64,000 nt of DNA, taken from positions 62,001-126,000 of the forward strand of contig JALMLS010000370.1 of the NCBI GenBank assembly GCA_038496445.1, given 5' to 3'. Shown in pieces: positions 39,656 through 52,463 of the stretch. Each line of letters starts with the position of its first letter. Within the stretch, counting starts at the first letter, position 1. The notes below the pieces were generated by a model, which searched no databases, had not been told where the DNA came from, and saw only the letters and a program-made list of their open reading frames with translations. The DNA is from Trichosphaerium sp. ATCC 40318. Its lineage: Eukaryota; Protista; Tubulinea. Position numbers and translations under genes: made by a program.

Positions 39656-41640
39656 TTACGCTATTTTCATTGGATCGTAAAACGGGTCGCCACAGTCTTG
39701 CGATTGCAAACTACCACATGCATCCTCGGTCAAGTCTAACTCCATATCATGACTGCCGGAAACAGTCGTTGTTTGCGAGGATTCAGCCTCCAAATGCGAT
39801 GCCACAGGCTGTTTAGGCGCTGGAACTGCTTGGTATTGTATTGTCTGGCAGGTATTGTGATGCACTGGTACGCTCTCTCCATAGGGATTGTGCACGTGTT
39901 GCATCATGCTGTCATACACAACGTCCATCACTTGATCGCCTATTATGCCGTTTTAGCTTGTTTTCAGTTGCGCGGCACATGGGTAAACGGTACCTGACAC
40001 GCCTTTGTTTGTAGGGTCAGTGAGGGATAGCGCCAAGGTTGATTTGAATTCTTCGTTACAGGTTGTTTGCAGTACTAAGTTTTAAAGCTGAGCCTCAAAC
40101 ATAAACACGCACGTGGGTATGTAGTAAGTACCGTGTTGAAGTGCCATTGCAATTTCTTTGCTTGCATTGTGGTATTCTCGAAGTCTCTAAGTCTTTGTTG
40201 TGAGCGTTCACAAAAGTAGTCAGTCGTTTCTGTAAGTAGTCGTACTTGTAACTCCTCTTTGCTCGCAAATTTTGCCATATTGCTAGCCTTGAGCCTATCG
40301 AATGCAATCTTGAAAACTTGTCCAATGCGTGCATGTATGATTGTGAGGTATTTGCCTGTCCATACATTAGTGCGCCCTACTCGTGATTGCTACAGTTAGT
40401 GCCACACTCTTTTTTTATATACTCCACGACGTACGCTCATCGGAATGTATATTGACAACAACGACAATATTGTCAAGGGCTGCAGCGGTACTGGCAAATC
40501 CGACATTCAAACAAGTGCCGCCGAACCAATTACAATCTACCGCCGCTATGTCGCCCACAGTGAGTCCCTTGGCATGTATACGAACTGAACGCAGAAAGCA
40601 GTTAAGTACTCCAGTCGGCTGAATTGGGATATCATTGTGGTAGCCTACGATCTAAACACCCACGATAAGTAAACATCAAACTGGGTGTTGCTGTACTTGT
40701 ATTATTCCCTTTGGTGTGTGCTCTTTGGCTGCATTAATGCCAATATAGCAAGTAATTCCTTGACATATTGTATTAGCGTGGTGCCTGTATATCATAGTAC
40801 CTACGCCTTGACCCGGCCATATCACGAGATTCTACAGTCATTGCTTCGGGCTTGAGATGACAACAAAGTACTGATGCTGTGCTCCGGAAAGGCTCCAGTA
40901 TCCATTCTTTCAGCTGTGAATTACACTTCCATACAATCTATAAACGTGTGAGTATCAGATTGTTGTTTGCATGATGAATACTAGTACATTGGGATTAAGA
41001 AGAGACAAGTCTGACAAATGTGAGAGTATGCTCTTTATCAGAAATGTTTCTGTCATGTGCTCAAGTAGTACTATCAAAGTTGTTCCGGTCTCTTTTGGAG
41101 GGGATGTGCCGATTGTGGGGCATGTAATTTTATTTATCTTCGGCACTTGTCTTCCCCTGCGTTGTATGGTAGTAACACCATACGCTACTAAAGGATAATA
41201 AGTAAACTAGCCCTTTTGGATCAATACCTGTTTCTCTTGAGTTCCGCAATACTATCAATGGCATGTTTAATCTTATATCAACAAATGCTTCTGTAACAAG
41301 ATGACGTATGCCGGACTCAGTGAATAAGCCGCTGCAATTGACTTTGCCGTGTTAACGTCCACTGATTTAAGGACACGTACTTAGTGTGGCTACAGCGTGT
41401 TCTGTTCTGGCTGAACAATAGTTAGTATTTTACATTTCTCGTGTCGCACATATTTCTACGCTCACAAATTTTGAATGCGTCCCAGGCCTCTCGTGTGTAA
41501 TACAGTTGTTCAATACCTAATTAACTGTTTGACGGCGATGTTGTGTAGGATGTTACTTTTTTTATGAATAGAATACACTTGTTCGCACTACTGGGTCGTA
41601 GAAACTTGCGCCTTCGGCGCGTGTGCCATGCTCGCTTCAT
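39656..41640 (-). CDS. Probable topoisomerase VIB-like (TOP6BL/MTOPVIB-like) protein
   Basis: Degenerate GHKL-like segment INCSG...KETGTTLIVLL...ILSHLSDLSLLNPNV; transducer-like helix KKLQWHFNTVLTTYPLLQTTCNEEFKSTLALSL...DQVMDVVYDSM; disordered tail; recognised by pattern only. Confidence 0.45.
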
Positions 41641-41687
41641 TTAAGAAAAAGCGTCTTAACTGAGTAAATTTGCACGACTACGCAAGC

Positions 41688-42632
41688 ATGGAACAACTCA
41701 TCGGCAATCTGGCGCAGCTCGAACAAGCAAGACATTCATTCGGATGAGATGAATCTAACTAATTGTAGCTGTACAAAGACAGAACTTTGGAGGTTAGCAA
41801 CGCAAAACTTGCTTTGAGGCAGGTGGAACCAACGCTAAACGCAGTACAAGGTCAGGTTTTTTTAAAGTGAGATGCTGACTATACAAAGGGAAATGCAAAG
41901 AGCTGCAAAAAGGTACAGGATTTAATTAGGATGCTCTGACTGTGTAGAAAACAAACGATTGCGCGAACTTACCCAAACCTTACAACGGGCCGCCAAATCT
42001 ACAACTAGAATATCTGAATCGGTACGCAATCGCTCAACACCCGCTGACAGTGTCAGGTCGAGTCGTTACACAAGGATATTACTGCGCTAGAACACGCAAC
42101 CTTTGACTTGCAAAAACATAAAACAGCCCTGACGAGAGAAATAGCTCAATTGGAGGAAAAACATGAAGCGTGTATGCTTCAAGCAACTGCCGAGAAAGAA
42201 ACATTAGCCTCTTCCTTAAAGGCAACTTATACACTGCAAGAAGCACAGCTTATGGCTTTGTTGCAAGACAAAGACGATACAATCTTGGATCTCAAACAAC
42301 AAATACAGGCAATGACAGAGAGCAAGCAAGGTACGAAAACAGTTGCTACATGATAAAACTCAATACCACAACGCAGAAAACCAAAGCGTACTCCAACCTG
42401 CAGTGACTACACACGACCTTGAAGAAGAAATTATACAGCTACGCCAACAGCTTGCAAACGTGACAAGGCGCAGTGAACGTGAATTACAGGAAGCCAGAAG
42501 CACGGTGCGTAGCTGACATACATTTTATATTACCCTCGTCCGTGCTGAAAAAAAAAGAAGAATTCTAACGGTTGTTTACAGTATGAGCAGCATTTGATAG
42601 ATTTTACTCGGTCTAACAAAGTACAAAATTAG
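41688..42632 (+). CDS. Small coiled-coil protein of unknown function
   Basis: Multi-exon heptad-rich translation MEQLIGNLAQLEQ|LYKDRTLEV...LQKHKTALTREIAQLEEK...NKVQN*. Confidence 0.6.
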
Positions 42633-42666
42633 TCGACAACTGTATTCTGTCTGTTTGATAAAAAAA

Positions 42667-44995
42667 TCAACGAAGAGGATAAGCTCGTTTGCCTACACCC
42701 AGCGTGTTCACTTTGGGTTGACTATAAATGGTAACTAGTTCTTCGAAGGGATCCTGTGTTGTTTCAGAAAGTGTCATTTGTCCTTTCATCTCGTCTTCTG
42801 TCAACAAACAGCTCGCAAATTTATCAAGCAACCGTTCCATGTCCATTTTTCCTGCTTCACCAAATATCATAAACTCTTGTCGTACTAAAAAAAAGGACAG
42901 CGTCAATAATCTGCCAAAAGAGAGTTTGTTGTGTTACGTACTATCTCCAAAATCGGCATTCCAAATACCAGACACTCTCAGTTCTTCTGCATTCATTTTC
43001 ATACTTGTTTGCAGTTCTTTGTATTCATTCACAGACCGTTTTAAGTGCGGAGACGTAACCTTTTTATCTATAATAATTGGTTTTGTTAGTGTGTTTGGGT
43101 TGTTAATTATAAACGTGTGTTTGTGTACGTTTGCTCAGGTAGTTTTGACAATCCTTAATCTTCTCAAGACACCAATGCCGTTTCTTGAAATTACTCTAAC
43201 ACTAAAGTTTAGCGTACAACCACATACGTGACTTGGTGTATAGGCACTTACTGTATTTGGTGTTGCTTCCCAAACATACTTGTTGAGGCTGCCAGCAAAG
43301 TAGAATACACCTCGGGCATACAACAAGCCTTGAGAATACTGATTCCATTCCTCAGTTAAAAATTTAAAAATGCGTTCTGGGTGAAAAGCTGCTGGATTTC
43401 TGAACACGTGAGAAATAATGCCATCTTTGTCCATTGTTTGAATTGCCCTGATGTGTATTAGTCAGTATACTGGTCAAAAAACGATTTGCGTGGGATAGAG
43501 CTAACCTGGTATCAAGTTCCTCCCACATGACACGATGAATGTAGTCCATATAAGGTGCGTATTCTCCCTTGGGTCCGAGGAAGTAGTCTTTTGGTATCCT
43601 GCCTTTGTGATCTGCAAGTACCAGCGAAGCTAGAGGGTTCACACGTCCAAGAAAAGCGATTAGGAGGCGTAAGTCGTCTTCTTCAGCGTCATTTGGATTT
43701 GTAATGGCCAGTACTGTTGCGTTCTGTATTTGGTCCATCATTACTGAGGCTAGCTTGAACTAACAAAAATAAAAAAGTAAGTAACTAAACGTCTTACCAC
43801 TAGGCAAATTTTGCACACACATAGCGACAACAAACTAAATGTGCGTGACCATCGTACCCCTCGTTTATTTACATGCCTCAGATCATTTCTTGAGCACAAA
43901 TTATGTCGCCAGTTGGTTGCATCTACTGTACATATGACGCGGTCGAGTTTGCAATTCTACAATTGTTAAAACTTTAGACTGTATACATTCATTTGGTGTT
44001 GACTGACCCGTGCTATAGTGGGGAATGTTACTGTTTGTTTAAGAGGCGTTATTGTCCCAAGTGGATCTGATTCGAATATAACCCACTCGTATTCGGCAAG
44101 CTCACCTTCTTTGTACATAAACTTTATCTAAAGCAAAACGAAATTGATGAGAACAACTGCAACAAAAATTGTTCGCGAAAGAAACAACAAATGCAACATT
44201 GGACCAAGGAGACCAAGGAACAACATTGTTGCAATCGCCTTTAGCAAACGTGTACCCCTTCATGTAAATCTGTGCGCAATACCATATGATTTGCACCTCT
44301 CCAATCATACAAGTAATGTTCGTTAGGCGGGATGTTGATGACTAACAATCAAATCAAAAAAAGACTTAAAACCACACACGTCTTATTGTCAAGCAGATTA
44401 AGGACGGCACCACTGCGTACTGTGAGGGTAGGGAACTTTCCGCTTTGCGTCATTGGTAAGGAGGAGTGAGGTAATTTTTTCAACTTTGTTCTCTTCAATG
44501 AGATACTCTATTAATGGGGTTTGACCTAACACTTAACGTTAATGGCCAAAAAATTTTCTGGACTCTATTGTACCTGAAAACGGTAAACCAGCTATCTAAT
44601 ATAAAAAAGCAATGAGCTCAAGCAAGGTGCACTAAGTTGGTACGTACGACCGTTAATGGTGGTCTATCGGCAGGATACATGTCAGGGCTGTCAGGCGTCA
44701 GCCCTTTCGGTATATTTTCGGCTGCACCCACTCCAGCGGGATCCTCTAGAGGCGCATCACCAACAAAACGTGCCAACTTCGTTTGTGCTTTCATTTTTCG
44801 TGTAGCTTGTAAAGTTGCATAGCGAGCACGAGGTTTAACACGCTTTCGTTTCTTAAAGCGTGTTTCAATAGCTTGTTGGCGCAATTCCTCGCGACGTTCT
44901 GCGTCTGAGCTTCTCCAACGCCTAGAAGATGCGAAAGCGCCACTCTGGGCTTTATAGCTCCCAAGCTGCCTACGAGCGCATCGCAACCTTAACAT
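42667..44995 (-). CDS. CobW/COG0523 (ZNG1/YciC-like) family protein, mitochondrion-targeted, degenerate GTPase motifs
   Basis: Presequence MLRLRCARRQLG; PLTVIAGLPFSGQTPLI; VIFESDP; TVDATNW; DQIQNATVL; VNPLA; GIISHVFR..AFHPER; RGVFY; FGD.RQE..IFG; CLLTEDE. Confidence 0.8.
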
Positions 44996-45210
44996 ACGAT
45001 AGCGAACCTTTTTTTAGCGCGTTAGCAGCTTTTATGAGGTAGATTTGTTTGTTTTACAAAATGTTGTGAGAATCGGAACCTTATAGACTTAAAGTACCGC
45101 TTAAGCCGCCCTGTCACGTGGATGTTGCATCCACTCATATCAAGCTACATGGGTTTTAAACTGTCATGTACCAGGAAAGGATCAGACGTGCTACAAGTAT
45201 TCTGGTACAA

Positions 45211-45250
45211 AGATGATGATGATGATCATGATGATCACCCTGATGATGAC
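45211..45250 (+). repeat. Imperfect (GAT)n microsatellite in the divergent intergenic region
   Basis: gatgatgatgatgatcatgatgatcaccctgatgatgac. Confidence 0.7.
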
Positions 45251-45310
45251 GGACCGACCGCATACGACTGAAAAGGCAATTGTTACACATAATCCCAATA
45301 GCACCAGCAA

Positions 45311-47195
45311 ATGGCTTACAACGATTTGAATGACGAGGAGTTGCGTGCAAAAGCGCGTTCACAGTATGCTTCGGAAAACTATCAAGGTGCAATAACAACG
45401 TATTCCCAGCTCCTGGCAAAGGTATTTATACGACCAAACAATCTATACGTTAATGTGTGATGCAGGAATCACAAGGCGTGTTGTACTTGCATAGATCAGT
45501 TTGCTACGCTAAAGTAAAGGACTACAACGCAATGAAGGCAGACATTATGAAATTTGTAACCATTTACCCCGATTGGCCCAAAGTACGCAGTAACTTACTG
45601 TAACACGTATAATATAGAAGCTCACGCCAATGCAGGAGAATCCGAGTAAATGTGGCTATCTGAAGAAAGAAAATCCAACAAAAACAAAGGGAACCAAACG
45701 CCGCTATTTCTACCTCAAAAATCAGTTTCTCTTTTACTACAAGCGCCCAATTGTACGATTTGCTGTTTGTTTTCTGAATGACATAACAAACAAAGGCAAT
45801 TGCTAATTGTGTGTAGGACGCAGCGCCAATAGCAGGCATGTATTTGGATTCCGCTTTTGCTGTCAAATCCAAACCTAAGAAGTGCAAGTTGGAGCTCAAG
45901 ACCCCTGGGCGTACCTATGTACTATTTGCTAGCACGGATGGAGACCGTGACGAATGGGTGGCATTGCTCAGCAACGTACGTATCCCAATTCAGTTCATTT
46001 TTTCGTTGTCTCTGTGACTACGACCTGACACATCAGCTCAGGCCGTTTCTATTAAACTTGCAGATCTCAACGACCGATTTTTTGAAGGGCACGTCCGCAC
46101 CACTACTCCTGGAACACTTGTAAGCACTCTATAACACTCTATTGCACTCAGTACTGTTGTTTTAAAACAGTTGCAAAATAGGCTATAACCAAGACGGGCT
46201 ATCTCAACAAGCGAGGCAAGAAGAAAAATCAACCGTACCGCCTCAGATGGTTTTACATCCAAGGGCATTGCCTCAAGTATAGTGAAAATCCTGACGTACG
46301 TTGATTTGCTGGTAATGAGACTACAATACTGCCATTACACGCCTTTTTTCTACTTTGCAACCTAACGGTAAACACAGGACAAGGACTTGCTAGGCACTAT
46401 CGACCTTGGCCTTCTTATAGACTGCAAAAAGAGCGACACAAAGGAGGACGATAAACACTACTTTGAAGTACGTTTCCAGCCTCAATGCGTTTACGTTGCG
46501 TAGTCATCATCACACACTTACTTTTCTCAACTGTAGATCAACATCCAAGGCAGAACCTACTACCTGTATGCGGATTCAGAAGCGGACAGAACATCGTGGA
46601 TGAGTGCCATTGTGTCAACCTCCAACGAAGTGGATGCTGATTTTCGGCGAAATACAATACTCGATGATGAAGAGTCCGACTCTGAATCTGCTAGCTGGCG
46701 CTTCTCAAACCCTGGATTGCAGCCCACTTTGTCAGAATCAGATCATTTGATGGACGAAGCGACACGAAGCAGCGAAGAAAAGTCAGAATCTGATTCCAAA
46801 GAGTGGTCTGGTCAATCCAGCTCATTTCAGCGAGGTACTACCTAGCTCTCAAAAAACAAGCAGGCTTACAGTTGACATTTTTGCAGTTGATCACGATGAG
46901 AACTCTCACCTTGAACTTCAGAATCTATCCACGTCCAGGGCATCAAACAGCTCCATGTCGGACCTAGACAAAGAACTGGAGCGAGATCGTCGCGCAGCTG
47001 CGCTTGCTAAAAAGAAAAACTATGAAAGCATGGATGCGGTATGTCCACACTTTTTTTTTTGTTTGCCACTAAATAATAATTCTCTAACAAAATGCCAAGT
47101 CGTTGCAAGAACCATTTATGCCCAGGGAACGCTCAGAGTCTTCCTGGGAGCAGCTTCAATCACGATTCGCAGACTGTTCCTGTGATATCATGTAG
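45311..47195 (+). CDS. TPR + tandem PH-domain protein with C-terminal CaaX-like motif
   Basis: TPR-like ELRAKARSQYASENYQGAITTYS..LYLHRSVCYAK; PH1 KCGYLKKE..RRYFYLK..LKTPGRTYVLFA..RDEWV; PH2 KTGYLNKRG..RWFYI..IQGRTYYLYA..RTSWMSAI; ends DCSCDIM*. Confidence 0.75.
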
Positions 47196-47345
47196 AGACG
47201 ACGCTAACCACCACACTGTCTATAGCATTCTATTGTTTGTTTTCTAATAAAACCGTATTATTTGTTTCCTTTGTCTACTGCTTCTAGTGTGATTGGGGAA
47301 TTTTTTTTGAATTTTACAAAGGGGAGTGGAGCATTTTTGTTTGTT

Positions 47346-48336
47346 TTACAATTGATCGGCAATGATTGGGCTCAATGTTTGCAATCGAGAGAATATTTTT
47401 CCAGGTGGTGTACCTAAAAGAAGCAATATTAGCCGAGTGGTGTTTTGTTATTTCTTGTTGGGCGTGTTGCTGGGGCACCAACCAGAATAATTGAAAAAAA
47501 AAGTTGAATAAGAATTTTTTTGTGGTACCTATGATCAACCTACAAACACAATCACGTGCTATTTTACAATTGGAAGGAGAACCCATGATGGTTACACGCT
47601 TGCCATCAACGACTATCCTGGTCTTTGTTGTGTTTTCCATCGTAAATTTGATCCTACCATTCAAACCGATGATTCGACCCAATGAACGAAGTGTGTGATC
47701 GCCATGAAGCGTTTGTCGCACTAGTAGAAATTCAGTACATACGTTGATTGCAATTGGCGCCCTAGGCTCTCTGTACAAGAGTCATCTGCGCACCTTCATC
47801 GGTTGTAAAAGTTTCTATAGTGAGGTTCTCGACACGCAACAGAGCAACTGCATCCTGTAACTCAAATCCATACACAAATGCCCGCACAAAATCTCTCGCT
47901 TTGTTTATAGCGCCTGCATCATCAGTGTGTTGAGATGTCTAGTGATCATTTCAGCGCTTTTTTGGGTTTTTTTTTGAATAAATTTCTGGCTCTATGTACG
48001 CACGCGTATTTCTACAGATTTTGAGTTTTGGTTGAACCTTATCTGCAATTTCATGTGTTTAACGATTGGCGTGTAAATATCCATCCAATTGTCTCTCAAC
48101 GCGAAAATACGCTTACGGGGTATCAAAACGCGCACGTATAGTTGTTTTTCATTCATCTTGATGCGTTTAGATAACTTCTACAGTTTTTCCTGACGTACTC
48201 TTGGCATTTCGCCACCAGACATGGGTGGAAATGTTACAACCTCATTTGTGTCGCCTTGTTAATTTGTTAACTATGTAATATTATTTAAAACGCGCGTCAA
48301 CCAACCTTCTACGTCCATTGCGTTTGCTTGTTGCAT
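47346..48336 (-). CDS. PNO1: Ribosome biogenesis KH-domain protein Pno1/Dim2
   Basis: LRDNWMDIYTPIVKHMKLQIRFN, DAVALLR, LHGDH..RSLGRIIGLNGRIKFTMEN.TKTRIV, GTPPGKI. Confidence 0.93.
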
Positions 48337-48486
48337 TGTTGTAATCAAAATAGGTTGTACGTTTTTTCTAGTGTAATTCTCGCCTAAAATTATTCAAAAA
48401 AAAAAACCCTACAAGTTTTACAAGTCAAAATCACTTCCACCTTTGCTTTTTCCGCCACTGACACATTAGTGCAACAGACTACAGCC

Positions 48487-50038
<1,552 letters not shown>

Positions 50039-50399
50039 TTAGCTAGTGCCAACTGTCGACTATTGAGACTTAACACGAGATTCAAAAGTAAAAAAAGCTG
50101 GCTCAAACAGTAGAGCGCTGTGGTTCGATGGCCTCACCGTAGTCTCACAACTCCATTTAAAAAATCAAACTGCCTTGTCACTTTGCGGTGACCTGCCCTT
50201 GCTGATTCCACTTTTCAACTGCAGTGGATTCCAATATGCTTGGCCTTCTTGTAACAATAAATATTTTGCGCAGTTTACAACCAACATTGATTGGGATTGA
50301 ATAATATTCACTTTTTTGACCAAAACGTTTTTTTGTAATTTTAGTCAAAAACGGATAAGGCACTGTATTAATACCCGTTATAACCACTTGGTTGCAGAC

Positions 50400-52168
50400 A
50401 TGAATAGAACACTTAGTTGCATAGAGTTCTACGAACGCTTGACATTGAATGCAGCGCCGTATGAAATACCCCAAGGGTTTCAACTACAGCACCAATCTCA
50501 ACATAGCACAAACGAAAGGACGCATAGGGGACAGCTGAGGGAGCGAAAAGAGCGTGTATTTCTCCAAATGGATACACCTATCACACAACCGCTCAAGAAA
50601 CGCCGTAGCTTGTCTCACGTACGCTAAATATATCTCCAGACTATTTTCTTACGTAGTTTAAATGTAGCCAACTATAGCACGGGCTCAAGGTCCACGCGGG
50701 CGCCGCTTACCGTCAAAGTACGCCGCAGCGATACGTAATAGACTGCAATCAGATATAATGGCTGTGTTACCCAACAAACCAGTCTCACCATGTCGACAAG
50801 CGGGTGGAATAAACCCCAAGCCATTTGTGGTGCGTTACAAAGGCGTTTTTTAGTACCTCGTGTGTTGGTTTGTGACATGTGCGATGAATCTAGGAATCCA
50901 CCATATCGCTTCAAACTCCCGACTTCACTCAACAAATCCACTCTTTACAGCGCAGGGTAGATGATTTGTGCGCAGAAAGGCGCCAGTACGAAATGCAACA
51001 ATTCCACGACGCTCAGGAGATCCAAAGGCTAAAACAAATAATAAATCGTTCTATGGCTTCTTCTCAGGTAACCTGATCCACAAACAAGTAACAAAACCAC
51101 CATACAAAGCTAACAGTCCACGTTGTAGCCAGAGAACGGTGCTGTAGATCGCGTAGAAAGGCGTTTGTGGCATTACAAATCGAGATTTACCGAGTTACGC
51201 AGAACACTAAACAATACACAAGCTCAACTCAGGTCTAAAACAAGACTGTCAGATAATTTGCGCCTGCGCCTCACTACTGAGAAGCAACATGTCGTCAGTA
51301 CGAAAAGAGATGTTGCTTCGGCTCTATCAGAACTTGACGTGTTGCGCTATCAGCTTGATACTATTCAAGCCTCGTTGGAGCATGACATTGACAGCACTGA
51401 CAATGTTGCCATGATAAAAGCGCAACTTGCAAACGTGCAACAACATGGATCTAGGCACACAGGGGTACGCTTTTGTAAATCTAGTCAATGGCAAAAATTT
51501 TCCCTTGTTGTTTTTATGTTGTCCACATGGGATACTAAAAAGTTGTGTCAGTTGGTGCAACAAGTATACGACTTGAAGAGGAGTATGGCGCAAATGAGCA
51601 AAGACCTCAACAACATGAGGTTGGAATCTGCTGCATTACACAAAGAAAATAAATCTTTGAAGCAGCACAAGAAGCAGCTAACATTGGATTTAAAGGTAAC
51701 TAACCTTTAAAACAACTCTGACCTGTCACTCTTGATCTCTCTTGTTGACGTATTCCATAGACTACACAGCTGCGATTGTTGGGTTTGCAAGTACAGAACA
51801 ATGCTGTAGCGGAACAACACATGGACATTAGCATGTCAAGTGTCAGGCATTCCATTAATGATGAAAACATGTCTCCTGTAAAGAAGGCCAAGTTAGCGCA
51901 GGTGCGTGAGCAAATAGCCGCCAGTTTTGCATCATGCAAATACTAACATATTTGTGCGTTGCAGGTAGGTAAATTAGGGTACAATAGAGCTCCAGGAAGC
52001 GATTATTCGCCAACGTTTAGGCGAAAAAAGCACATGCAGATGCAAACAAATATTAGTTCTACTCCTCCTAAGCTCGGATCACGTGCGTGGGCAACTATCT
52101 AATTATATCTGAACCATAGTTTAGGTAGATCGCGTGCTAGTAACATGATTCAACGGCCAAGCATTTGA
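50400..52168 (+). CDS. Hypothetical coiled-coil protein (start uncertain, 50400 or 50568)
   Basis: Series of GT-AG-bounded exons with heptad-rich translation (ORF 51165..51710) and NLS-like PLKKRR; ends QRPSI*. Confidence 0.5.
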
Positions 52169-52463
52169 TGTTGGCGGTCGAATTCAAAATAACCATCCCT
52201 TTGCACTTGTAAATAAATTCCAACAGTTAAGTACAAATGTTTCGTAGGTAATTTGAAGTTGTTTTGGTTTTTTTTTGAAAGCAAATGCAAAGAAAAGCGC
52301 GAATTTTAATTTACAAACTTTATCAATCAGCAACCTCTGCTACTGCGGCGCGAACTACATACGTGCAACGGTGGTTATTTGATTGATTTTGTAAATTCCA
52401 GGTTAAGGCGGGAAACCGTACAAAATAAGTGTTTCACACAACATCTAGCACGTATAAACAACA

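Noticed and set aside
44102-44308. CCSC in ORF 44102..44308 as the CobW metal-binding CxCC motif
   Set aside because: It falls in a pyrimidine-rich intron; the frame that connects to the following VIFE exon bypasses it
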